Source: Callorhinchus milii
Taxonomy: Eukaryota
DNA: 64,000 nucleotides
Reading direction: 5' to 3'
Assembly: GCF_018977255.1 (NCBI RefSeq)
Contig: NW_024704742.1
Span: 101,372,001-101,436,000, forward strand
Part shown: positions 1-9,805 of the stretch, piece after piece
How positions within the stretch are numbered: the first letter of the stretch is position 1
Layout: each line of letters begins with the position of its first letter
The notes under the pieces: model-generated
Database searches by the model: none
What the model was told of the DNA's origin: nothing
The model's input: only the letters and a program-made list of their open reading frames with translations
Translations under genes and position numbers: made by a program

Positions 1-459
1 CAACCCTTTTGTTAACTTTTATACATTTTTAAAAAATTGCTTTTAATTTATTTGGGGGGGATTTTCCTCCTTAGTAAAAATGTCCATGCAAATAAGTGAA
101 ATCACTCTTCTGTTTTGGTCCTCCAAGTGTTTGATATTTGTGGAAACCCATCACCCTGCTTAAGAGTATCCAACCAGAATGACATTTGCAGGCAACTTGC
201 AATGGAGCTTTCCTTGTGTCTGGAATGGAATGAGCACTCCCCACCTTATCTGGTGTGTTTTCGTTATGTCATGTCGTATCCTCAATAGGTGGCATCAACT
301 TCTACGTTCAGAAATCATCAACAGAAATACCTTGATTTTAACCTTGTCCCCGGAAAACATATAATTCTTATATTTTCAACATAAAGGTACAAACATCTGA
401 ATGGAATTATTCTAGTAGTCACTGCACCTGTGCTGGGCATAACATATACCAAATCTGCT

Positions 460-700
460 GGTATCATATAAGAGGAGGCTGGGTGAAAGACACTCTGTCC
501 ATTTTATCTCATCTTTCCAGAACAACTAACTTCCTAGTACAGTGTCAGGCTGCTTCTTAAATGAGTCCAGTGACCTGGCCTCCACTACCCTTCCTGGTAA
601 CCTATGGTTTCTAAATCCTTTGTAGATTTTTGAGCCATTTTAACTCACACATACATTGGAAACTCACTAATAAATTTAGCAAACAGACTGAACAAGTTTG
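460..700 (-). mobile_element. Highly degenerate CR1-type LINE 3' fragment
   Basis: Motifs such as TCCAGTGACCTGGCCTCCACTACCCTTCCTGGTAA resemble the reverse strand of the clearer CR1 3' ends at 2150-2630 and 44700-45100. Confidence 0.4.
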
Positions 701-2149
701 ACTACTGGGAGTTGGCATCCCTTGTCAGACATGACTTAAAGAAATTCAGAACATCACAAATTACCAAGTATCCAGTATTTGATCATTGCCCTCAATCCCA
801 TATGTCCTGGGCATCAGTGCCGGAGAAGCTATCCAAAATAACAAAGCAGTTTGCAGTTATATAGCACCTTTCACTTAGCACATCTTAAAATTCTTTACAG
901 TGACTTTTCAATATTTCAATATTCAATATTTGTTCTTTACCAGCATGCCTATATGTCAGTGGATTAGCACTTAGGAAGCCATTGAAAAGAACACAAGTTG
1001 TTATTATAATAATTATTACATTTGACATAGTGTCTTTCATGTCAGGGGCACGTTTCATTTTACACATATTTAGTGTCTTTGGGGCATGATTTGATATTAA
1101 ATTGTTGAACATGTGTCAAAAATCATCAAATTCAAGCCAAGGAAAATAAATTGGCAGTTTCAAAATAGACTGGGTCATTCTTTTCTCTTGTTATTGAAGG
1201 AGGCAATTCTGGGACCTCAGCCAATGAAATTTGTCAATAGAGTTGTGCAATCCTAAAATGCTTTATCCAATGCTGTTTGTCATTTTGATCACGTGATATA
1301 AAGGCCAATTTACCAACTTGGATGTCCACTTAAATAAGTTACAATATATTAGAAATATGATACAATAATAATATAATTCTTGCGTTTCATATAACGCTTT
1401 ATCATGTCATCAATCAGTCTCAAAGTGCTTCACGGGATATTCTGTAAAGTATCGTGTAGATAAACACAACAGCCAATTTGCGCTCAGCAAAATCCCACAA
1501 ACAGCAATGAAGTGAATGATTGATTTTTATCTGGTATTATAATATGCCAAAAAAACTGGAAGAAACTGCCCACATTACTAGGATGGAAGTTGATCACGTT
1601 AGTGAAGGTGACCTTAAGGTAAGTTTCCACTGTATTGTAATAAATGTTACAAACAATGAAATGATAAATTGTGATTATCTTTCTTTTAACATCTATGATT
1701 AGCTAGGATCCTTTGGTTGGCTATTTTTCCTGTATTTTATTCCCTGTAGTTTAGAATAATCAGTTATCCCTTTAGCCTGTAATCTAGGAAATTGAGCCAA
1801 ATTAGAGCATTGATCAATGTAATCCATACAAACCAAATTCAATCTTTAAGCATTCCCAAGTACCTTTTTCAATTACTGTCTATTTCATTCATTTTAGTTC
1901 CTATGTAACTACACAGTTCATCAATTTTGTTAGGTAGAACTGGATCAATCAGCTGCAGTGTGTTTTCAGCATACTGAAACTACTGATGGTAACATGCAAA
2001 GTTAGTTTCTCAAACTTTTTTTCTTGTGGTAGGTCTAAGGAGAGGGGTTGCACATAAGTTTGATAGAATGAAACCGACCATGCTGAGTTGGAATGTGTTA
2101 ACCAATGCACTGGATTTCTAGTACCCTGCAACATGGACTGCTTGGATAT

Positions 2150-2630
2150 CACAAGGCTCAGGATTAGTTTGGATGAAGAAAGCCCTTCGGCCCATCTGAT
2201 CTCTTCCTTTTCGATTCTAGAATACTCACTCTACAATCCTCTCATCACAGGATCAAACTGCTTTATAACTGAATCCAGTGTCCTAGCCTCATCCACACTT
2301 CCTGGTAAGCTATTCCAGTCATCAATCAACCTCTGGATAAAGTAAAAACCTCCTGGTATCTTGATATTGCTCTTTGCAATTCTAAACCAATTTCCTCTTG
2401 TTCTGTTGTCTTGGTGAATCCTAAGGTATTGAGCTGCGTTTACTTTTTAAATCCTATTTTAAAAATTACACACTTCTATAATGTCCCTGTTGAGTTATCT
2501 TCTCTCAAGACTAAAGAGCCCTGTCTTATCTAATCTTCTAATTCCTTTAACCTGGTGATTTTCCTTATTATTTTCCCTTCAATGTTTCTAGGGTCTAGGC
2601 CAGGCCCTTATGTCTGTGCCCAGAACTGAG
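2150..2630 (-). mobile_element. Degenerate CR1-type LINE 3' fragment
   Basis: Begins with the reverse complement of a CR1 3' UTR (GAAGAAAGCCCTTCGGCCCATC), followed by a decayed ORF2 C-terminus (CTTCCTGGTAAGCTATTCCAGTCATCAATCAACCTCTG). Confidence 0.55.
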
Positions 2631-2796
2631 TGATTTTTGGGGTTTAGATGCTCTTAAGCAGTGTGATGGGTTTCCGGTGATGGCCGAAACCCTTGTCCAC
2701 ACCTTTGTCACGTCCTTGCTGGACTATTCCAATGGCCTCATTGCTGGTCTCGTGTCGCCTGGATACACACGCACAAACTCTACAGCCACATCACAC

Positions 2797-3956
2797 AACA
2801 ACAACAAGATTCCATTTATAGAGCGCCTTTCACGTCGGGAGGACGTCCCAAAGCGCTGGACAGTTGGGTCAGGACCCGAGCAGGGGGGAAATGGTCAGGG
2901 TGAGGAGAGGGAAGGGAGGGAGCGAGGAGGGGGGAAATGGTCAGGGTGAGGAGAGGGAAGGGAGGAAGCGAGGAGGGGGGAAATGGTCAGGGTGAAGGGA
3001 GGGAGCGAGGAGGGGTTAGAGAGTCGAGAGGGGAGCTGAAGGTACGATCAAAGAGAAAGGTCTTGAGACCGGCCTTGAAGGAGGAAAGGGAGGAGGCGGC
3101 GAAGGCACTGGGGGATGGAGTTCCAGAGTCTGGGGGCTGAGAGGCTGAAGGCCCGGCCAACGATGGTAGGGTGGTTGGGGCGGGGGATGTGGAGCAGACT
3201 GGAGCCAGAGGAACGGAGGATACGGGCAGGTAGATAGGGGGATAGTAAGTCGTAGAGGTAGGAGGGAGCAAGGCCGTGAATGGCCTTGTAGGCGAGGATG
3301 AGGATCTTGAATTCGATCCTCTGGGGGATGGGGAGCCAGTGGAGGCGAGCGAGGGTGGGAGTGATGTGGTCCCGAAGCCTGGTGCGGGACAGTACACGAG
3401 CTGCAGAGTTCTGAATGACCTGCAGCTTGTGGAGGGAGGTGCCGGGAAGGCCGGAGAGGAGAGAGTTCCCATAGTCCAGCCTTGAGGTGATAAAGGCGTG
3501 GACCAGAGTTTCAGCAGCGTGAGCGGTGAGGTAGTGCCGTAGTCTGGCGATGTTTCGGAGGTGATGGAAGACGGTGCCAGTTGTGGCGCGGATGTGGGGA
3601 AGAAAGGACAACTCAGGGTCGAACAGAACCCCGGGGTTCCTGACTGGCTTTGAGAGGTGAGGAGTGCAGCCTTGGATGCTGATGTTGTCAGTGCCTGAGG
3701 TGCGGAGGCGCTGACGCGAGCCAATCAGGAGGGCCTCAGTTTTGCGCACGTTGAGCTGGAGAAAGTTATCTCTCGTCCAGGACTCGATGTCGGACAGGCA
3801 GCTGTCAGGACATCGGTGGTCGTGGAGTTGAGGGTAGAGGAGGAAAGGTAGAGTTGGATGTCATCCGCATACATGTGGAAGTTAACCCCATGTCTGCGGA
3901 TGATGTCACCAAGGGGGAGCATATAGAGGGTGAAGAGGAGGGCACCGAGGCCAGAG
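2797..3956 (-). mobile_element. Young 5'-truncated L2 LINE (RT C-terminal half plus 3' UTR)
   Basis: ORFs 3725-4027 ([10 protein letters not shown]) and 3048-3749 (KTEALL, SRLDYGN, LHWLP). (GTT)n tail. ACAC duplicated at 2793-2796 and 3957-3960. Confidence 0.95.
2882..3012. repeat. About 46-bp purine-rich tandem repeat (about 2.8 copies) in the L2 3' UTR
   Basis: GGGGGGAAATGGTCAGGGTGA...GCGAGG occurs three times. The sister copy at about 49115 has a single unit. Confidence 0.9.
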
Positions 3957-4585
3957 ACACCAGTATTTGTCAGGCTCCACTGGCTCCCAATTACTGAACA
4001 GATCGATTTCAAGAAGCTCTCAATCATTTTTAAATCCCTTCATACCCTCACACCTCCCTAACTGTCCGATCTGCTTAACCCCCACTCCACCACTCGCTGC
4101 CTCCGCTCGGCTGGCTCTGGCCTCCTGTTTGTCCCTCATCCCCTACACTCCACAATCAGTGGCTGTGCCTTCAGCCACTATGCCCCAAAACTCTTGAACT
4201 CTCTCCCTCAATCCCTCTACCTTGCCCCCTCCCTCCCCACTTTCAAATCTTGCCTAAACACCTTCCATTTTGATCGTGCTTACAGTCATCTTCCCCTTCC
4301 TCTCCCCTTGGCTCAGTGTCAGACTCCGCCACTGTCAAGGTTTCAGGATGCTACCCCGCGTGAAGGGTGCTATTGAAATGCAAGTTGTTGTCGTTGTTGT
4401 TTCGGCATACTGGGTGTCCAACACGTGCAGAAAGCCATCACCATCACCAGTATCCAAACCAAACTGAGAGTTTCATGCATCCTACCTACATATGTGAAAT
4501 TCCAGAGATATTTATTGAAATGTAATGCGCACTCTTTCCCTGGAGGGGCACATCCTGCTTACCTAATTCTGGAAAGTATTAGGTC

Positions 4586-4810
4586 AGATGTGATTCCACT
4601 CGGGTCTAGATTTATTTTATTTACGTAACTTTTCAAAATGGTTAGAATTTGGAAAACTCTCAAATCCAGCTTAATTTTGAAGTTGGTTTCCTTTAAGTTC
4701 TTTTAAGAACAACAGAAGACCAACTTCAAACTGAAGACTGAATTCCATAATTTGCCAAATTCTGGAATGCTACATAAATAGAGTAAATTCAGAGCCAGGT
4801 GGAATTTCTG
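4586..4810. mobile_element. Imperfect 220-bp palindrome, probable ancient MITE
   Basis: Arms pair over most of the length: GATTCCACTCGGGTCTAGATTTATTTTATTTACGTAAC with GCTACATAAATAGAGTAAATTCAGAGCCAGGTGGAATT, and TTTGAAGTTGGT with ACCAACTTCAAA. A related copy lies at 25380-25572. Confidence 0.65.
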
Positions 4811-5589
4811 CCACCCTGTCAATGCAATGCATTTTCTGACCTTGTCCATTGCCTCAAAAGGCGATGTGAGCCTCTTTGCTACAAAAACGGAAGGGAAATC
4901 AGCCTGACAACTGGAACAGTCTTGGGAGCAGCTTGACAGATCGACCTGTTTGTGGACATTGCCTTGCGCAACTCAACTGCTTTGCTTGCACACAAAACAC
5001 AGTTACTCCACATATATAGTATATTCAGTGAAGAGTTTGGGACATCCCCCAATGTGAAAGGTGCTAGGTCAAATGTAAAGATTATTATTATTCTAGAAAG
5101 TCCTAGTCCTAGTAAACAATGAAGCAAGATGTATATTTTTGTCGTAACCAATTCTTATAAATGATCTGAGTGACACAGTTATTAATGCGGAATTGCAGAT
5201 GAAAACTGCTTTGTTGGGAATGTTTCAGTTATTTATAGTCAGATCCAGGACAGATATGTTCTATTTGTTCTTCAGTGTGTTTTATCAGGTCAGTTCCTTC
5301 ACTGCAGACTGCAGTTTGATATGGAGTGATATTCCCTTTGTGAAATGTTACAATTTAATGAACCAATGTTCCCTTTAATAAACAAAGAACATAACTAATA
5401 ATAAATAGCAGCCACATCATATTATTTTAAGTTACTATAGAATTCTCTTCATGATGACTGAGATTTCCCTGTTCCTTTGGACATGAGTTTAAACATAGGT
5501 CGAGTTTGCCTGTTTAGGTGGATATTTAAGACACAATATTATCTAAAGAGTGAAGGGAGTTTCTCCCAATAACCCTTCAGATAAATAGA

Positions 5590-6222
5590 TCATTCAATTC
5601 ATGGCTGTTTGAGAGATTTCTCTTGCACAAATTGCCTGCCTCCATCCGTACATTACATTCAACACAGACCAAACCCTCATACACACTTTTCTTACCTCCT
5701 ACTTCGATTATTTGAATGCTCTCCTTGCCAGTCTCCCCAGCTCTACTATCCACAAAAAACAATGAATTTAAAACTCCACCGCCCATATACTCAAGCACTC
5801 TAAACTATGTCCCATCACACTAGGCCTTGCCAGTCCTGTCACAAAATGAATTGCGTCTACAAATCCCTTCAACCCATGGCATATCCCTACTTCCCTGACC
5901 CGCTTATTCCCCACTACTAACCGCTACCTCCACTCAGCTGGCTCCGGCTCTTCGGCATGTCCCTCATGCCCTCTTCTCCAACATCGGCAGGCGTGCCTTC
6001 AGCCACTACACCCAAAACTTTGGAACTCTCTCCCTCAATCCCTCCACCTTGTTTCCTCCTTCCCATTTTCAGATAATGACCAAAGATATTCCTCTTCAAT
6101 CCCTATGGTCACCTCCCCCCTTTCCAACGTCTCAATAGTGATAGGCTCCATGATTGTTAAGCACTCTGAGACAATATCCTGGGTGAAGGGTGCTATATAA
6201 ATGCAAGTTGTTTTTTGTTGTT
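5590..6222 (+). mobile_element. Degenerate L2 3' fragment
   Basis: Decayed TLIHTF..S.FDY coding and a GTGAAGGGTGCTATATAAATGCAAGTTGTT tail. Confidence 0.75.
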
Positions 6223-6247
6223 GTCGCTGACTGATGGGTTCACCTTC

Positions 6248-7062
6248 AACAACAACAACAAAATGACATTTGTATAGCGCCTTTCACGTCGGGAGGACGC
6301 CCCAAGGCACTGGACAGACAGAGTTACGGACCCGAGCTGAGGGTCAGGGTGTGGGAGGGTGGAGGACAGGGGGGAAGCAGGGAGATTGAAAGCACGATCA
6401 AAGAGGTCTTGACTAGGGAGGGGGTGAAACGGAGGGACGGTGGGATGGAGTTCCAGAAGTTGGGTGCAGAATGGCGGAAGGCCCGCCCGCCAATAGTGGG
6501 GCGAACAGGACAGGAAACGTGAAGTAGGCCGGAGCCCGCTGAGCAGAGGGAGCAAACAGGGTGATAGGGGTTTGGGAGGTCGGAGAAGTAGGGGGGAGCA
6601 AGACCCTGGAGAGCTTTGAAGGTGAGGACCAGGATCTTGAACTGTATCCTCTATGTGATGGGAAGCCAGTGGAGTTGGGCAAGGATGGAGGTGATAGGGT
6701 CGTGGAGCCTAGTGGGGAGAGGACACATACTGGAGAGTTCTGGATGATCTGTAGCCTGTGGAGGGAGGAGTTGGGGAGGCTGAAAAGCAGTGAGTTTGCA
6801 TAGTTGAGCTTCGATGTAATGAAGGCGTGTATGAGGGTTTCGGCGGCCTGCGGTGTGAGACAGTGTAGGAGCCGTGAGACATTGCGGAGGTGGGGGAAGG
6901 CATAGCGGGTCATGGCGCAGATGTGAGGTAGAAAGGATAGTTGAGGGTCAAACAAGACTCCAAGGTTCCGGACTGGCTTAGCAAGGTGGAGTGCGCAACC
7001 ATGGATAGTGATGCTGTCAGCGCCTGAGGTGAGGAGGCTCTGAAGGGAGCCAATCAGGAGAG
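6248..7062 (-). mobile_element. 5'-truncated L2 LINE
   Basis: ORF 6413-6955 (FDPQLSFLPHI, AETLIHAFITSKLNYAN) and a (GTT)n tail. Confidence 0.9.
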
Positions 7063-7290
7063 TATTTATTTACAAATACAGTCATTATAGCAAGCAATTA
7101 CCTGTGTAGTGCTATGAGAATTTTTTTATATTTTCCGTTCATCTACTGAAGCTTTACAATGCTCACAACGCTTTAAATTAAAATTTGTGAAGTGTATTGA
7201 TATGACTCCTGACTTGACAGACGCCACATCAAATGCAAGAATTATTATATTATTGAATCAAACATAAGGATTATTATTGTCACTGATAAT

Positions 7291-7915
7291 TAGGGTTGCC
7301 AGAAATCGATGAAAATCATTATATGTCATTTTTTGTGATCTGACTTAAAAATCTATTTTTATTATTAAAAATAGATTTTTATGTTAGATCACAAAAACTC
7401 AATCAATAAAAATAGATTTTAACTGATTGTTATCATTTAATGATTGGACGAGTTAGGGCTCTTCACATTTGAGAGAAGACAACTCAGTAAGGATGTAGAG
7501 GTTTATCAAATGTTTTGTGGGATTGAACAGTAAATGCAGATTAATACTTTAGGATGCAATAACAGGACGGTGGTTTAGAGTTTGTAAAGGGCATTTTCAA
7601 ACAGATACCAGGAGGTTTCCTTAACGCATAAGATAACCAATGACTGGAACAGGTTGCTTGATGTGGTTATAGGGATACTGTAGGGTGGGTGTTATGGAAG
7701 TTAGAGATTGGATGGACCGCATTGCCTTCTTCATCCAAACCAATCATATGATCTTTAGACCACAAAATGGTTGACATTTGGGTCAAAAGGAAGTGACATC
7801 CATGGTGACATGAAAACCTGTAAGTCAATCAATTTTACAGTTGAAATAAATTGTAAAATTCAAATACTGAAATGCATCATTAAAAATAGGAAAACATGAT
7901 TTTCACCGATCCTAC
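7291..7915. mobile_element. Possible hAT-like MITE relic with an internal hairpin, interrupted by a CR1 fragment
   Basis: Starts TAGGGTTGCCA, a hAT-like terminus. ATCGATGAAAATCAT near 7305 has an inverted match, ATGATTTTCACCGAT, near 7896. The right terminus and TSD are not recognisable. Confidence 0.4.
7446..7755 (+). mobile_element. Degenerate CR1 3' fragment
   Basis: GAGTTAGGGCTCTTCACATTTGAGAGAAGACAACT ... GGATGGACCGCATTGCCTTCTTCATCC. Similar to 22860-23545. Confidence 0.6.
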
Positions 7916-8126
7916 ATATAATTAAAGCCTTGAAATATGAACAGTAAAATTTAAAGTAGACTCAAATAGGTTCCTAATATGACTCACTCACAGCATAATC
8001 TGAAGACTATTCTCTAAGAATATTCCTTGGGATGTCCTCCTGACGTGAAAGGACCTATACAAATTGTATTGTATTGTAAGGATAATGTTCTGTAAGCAAC
8101 CATCTAGGCTAGATTCATACATACAT

Positions 8127-8452
8127 GTGGAGTCCTGTAGCTCAGTGGTTAGAGCACTCGCTTTGCAAGCGAGACACCTGGGTTCAATTCCAGGCAGGGC
8201 GAAACCTTGGGCAAGTTTCCTTACTCCACACAGAGCCTAATAATAACCCCTCCAAAACCCAAAACAATAATAAGTTGATCATTTTCAATCTACGACTGTT
8301 TGTGGGACATTGCTGTGCGCAATTGGCTGCCGCATTCGCCCACAAATATACAATCAATTCACTTTACAGTATATTCTGTGAAGCGCTTTGGGACGTCCTC
8401 CCGACGTGAAAAGCGCTATATCAAATGCAAGGATTATTACTATTATTATTAT
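8127..8452 (+). mobile_element. tRNA-Ala(TGC)-derived SINE, short form, Deu-like body, L2-like tail
   Basis: A box TAGCTCAGTGG, B box GGTTCAATTCC, anticodon arm CTCGC-TTTGCAA-GCGAG, (ATT)n tail. TACATGTG duplicated at 8122-8129 and 8453-8460. Confidence 0.93.
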
Positions 8453-8896
8453 TACATGTGAATCACTTATATACATAACTGCGAGTCAGGGATATATTGA
8501 GCAAGTCCTCATAGGGAAAAAAAATGCTTTCTGCCATAATTTTAAGAAAACTCCTAATCTTTATTATATTAATATCAGATCAAATTTACAAGACTCGCTT
8601 CTATTCAGGTAATCTGTTCCCATGGGTAATTAATGGACTTTACATAATCTGGATTAGAGACTTTGTATTAATCAGTCCTATATGCAGGTAGTTGTACCAC
8701 AATCGGGAATTACAGCAAGATGCCTTTATAATAGTTTATCTAGATCATCAATATTTAAACTGGAACGTTTCTTAACTAATTCCACAAAACATGTCTTCCC
8801 TGGTTGTAAATTAGCTTTAAGCTGTCTGCTGGCAGCAGCAATTTGTTTATGAAATAAATGCATCTGTGACCATTTAAAATCTTATTTACTACCTCA

Positions 8897-9290
8897 GTGG
8901 AGTACTGTAGCTCAGTGGTTAGAGCACTCGCCTTGCAAGCGAGAGACCTGGATTTGATTGCCAGCAGGGCGAAACATTGGGGAAGTTTCCTTACTCCACA
9001 TTCCTCTGTTTACCATGCAGTAAGTAGGAACCCGGTGGTTAGTCGATTGGCAGATCGCTTTTTCGGGGAAAATAATTCCTTCAAAAACTAAAATAATGAT
9101 AAATTGGTCACTTCAATCCAAGACTGTTTGTGGGACACTGGTGTGCGCAATTGGCTGCCACGTTTCGCCCACAAAATATACCATCAATTCACTTTACAGT
9201 ATATTCTGTGAAGTGCTTTGAGACGTCTAGAAGATGTGAAAAGCGCTATATCAAATGCAAGGATTATTATGATTATTATGCCTATTATTT
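8897..9290 (+). mobile_element. tRNA-Ala-derived SINE, long form
   Basis: Same head and tail as 8127, plus an extra internal block CTCTGTTTACCATGCAGTAAGTAGGAACCCGG... Confidence 0.9.
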
Positions 9291-9805
9291 AACTAATGTA
9301 ATTGGAAAATACTCAGGTTGTGAGGTATTATTGATGTTTTTTACCATAAATGCTGAGAATGCAAAACAAAATCTCTATGTGTGAATTGTTTGTTCCGGGC
9401 CAACGTGAGCTGGTCTTTTGTAGCCACAAGATATGAATACACTCACAATTTATTTTCATGTGTTTATGAAGTTGAATGTTGTGTCTATGAAGTACTTCTC
9501 TATTAAGTGTAATGTTGAAGTTTAATGGTCACAGTCTTAAGATTGGGGATGTAAAAAATGTTTTCAGTGTTGAAATATGGAGCGTATTGTTTTTTAATAC
9601 TGATGGAGACAATTATTGTAGGTTTTTGTTTAGAAGCTTGGGCTGAGCACTGCACAGAGTATTCACAACGACATGTTACCTCTATGTGTTTTTTGTATAG
9701 TGCACTGACTAACAACTGAACAAAAACATTTGGAAGAAAGATAATAGCTTTATTTAGAAGTACTTTATTGTATTCAGTAAAAGTGTTTAACTATATTTAG
9801 ACTTG

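Larger units (their letters stand above)
2670..4400 (+). mobile_element. Older L2 LINE 3' fragment, split by a younger L2 at 2797-3956
   Basis: Encodes AETLVHTFVTSLLDYSN. The [13 protein letters not shown] coding is continuous across the insert. Ends GAAGGGTGCTATTGAAATGCAAGTTGTTG. Confidence 0.75.

Noticed and set aside
1582..1990. Possible small plus-strand exons (MEVDHVSEGDLK with a GTAAGT donor; VELDQSAAVCFQHTETTD)
   Set aside because: The first has no pyrimidine tract and abuts a SINE remnant, the second has a weak donor, and neither peptide is recognisable.
2882..3012. CRISPR-like array
   Set aside because: Simple tandem units with no unique spacers, in a eukaryotic context with no cas genes.
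2987..3724. Ser/Pro-rich and Gly/Glu-rich ORFs overlapping L2 copies (also 49198-49875, 39095-39535)
   Set aside because: These are alternative-frame or antisense shadows of C-rich L2 sequence with few stop codons.
8130..8203. Functional tRNA-Ala genes at the SINE heads
   Set aside because: Each head runs into a SINE body and tail, copies carry scattered mutations, and the T loop and first acceptor pair are non-canonical.
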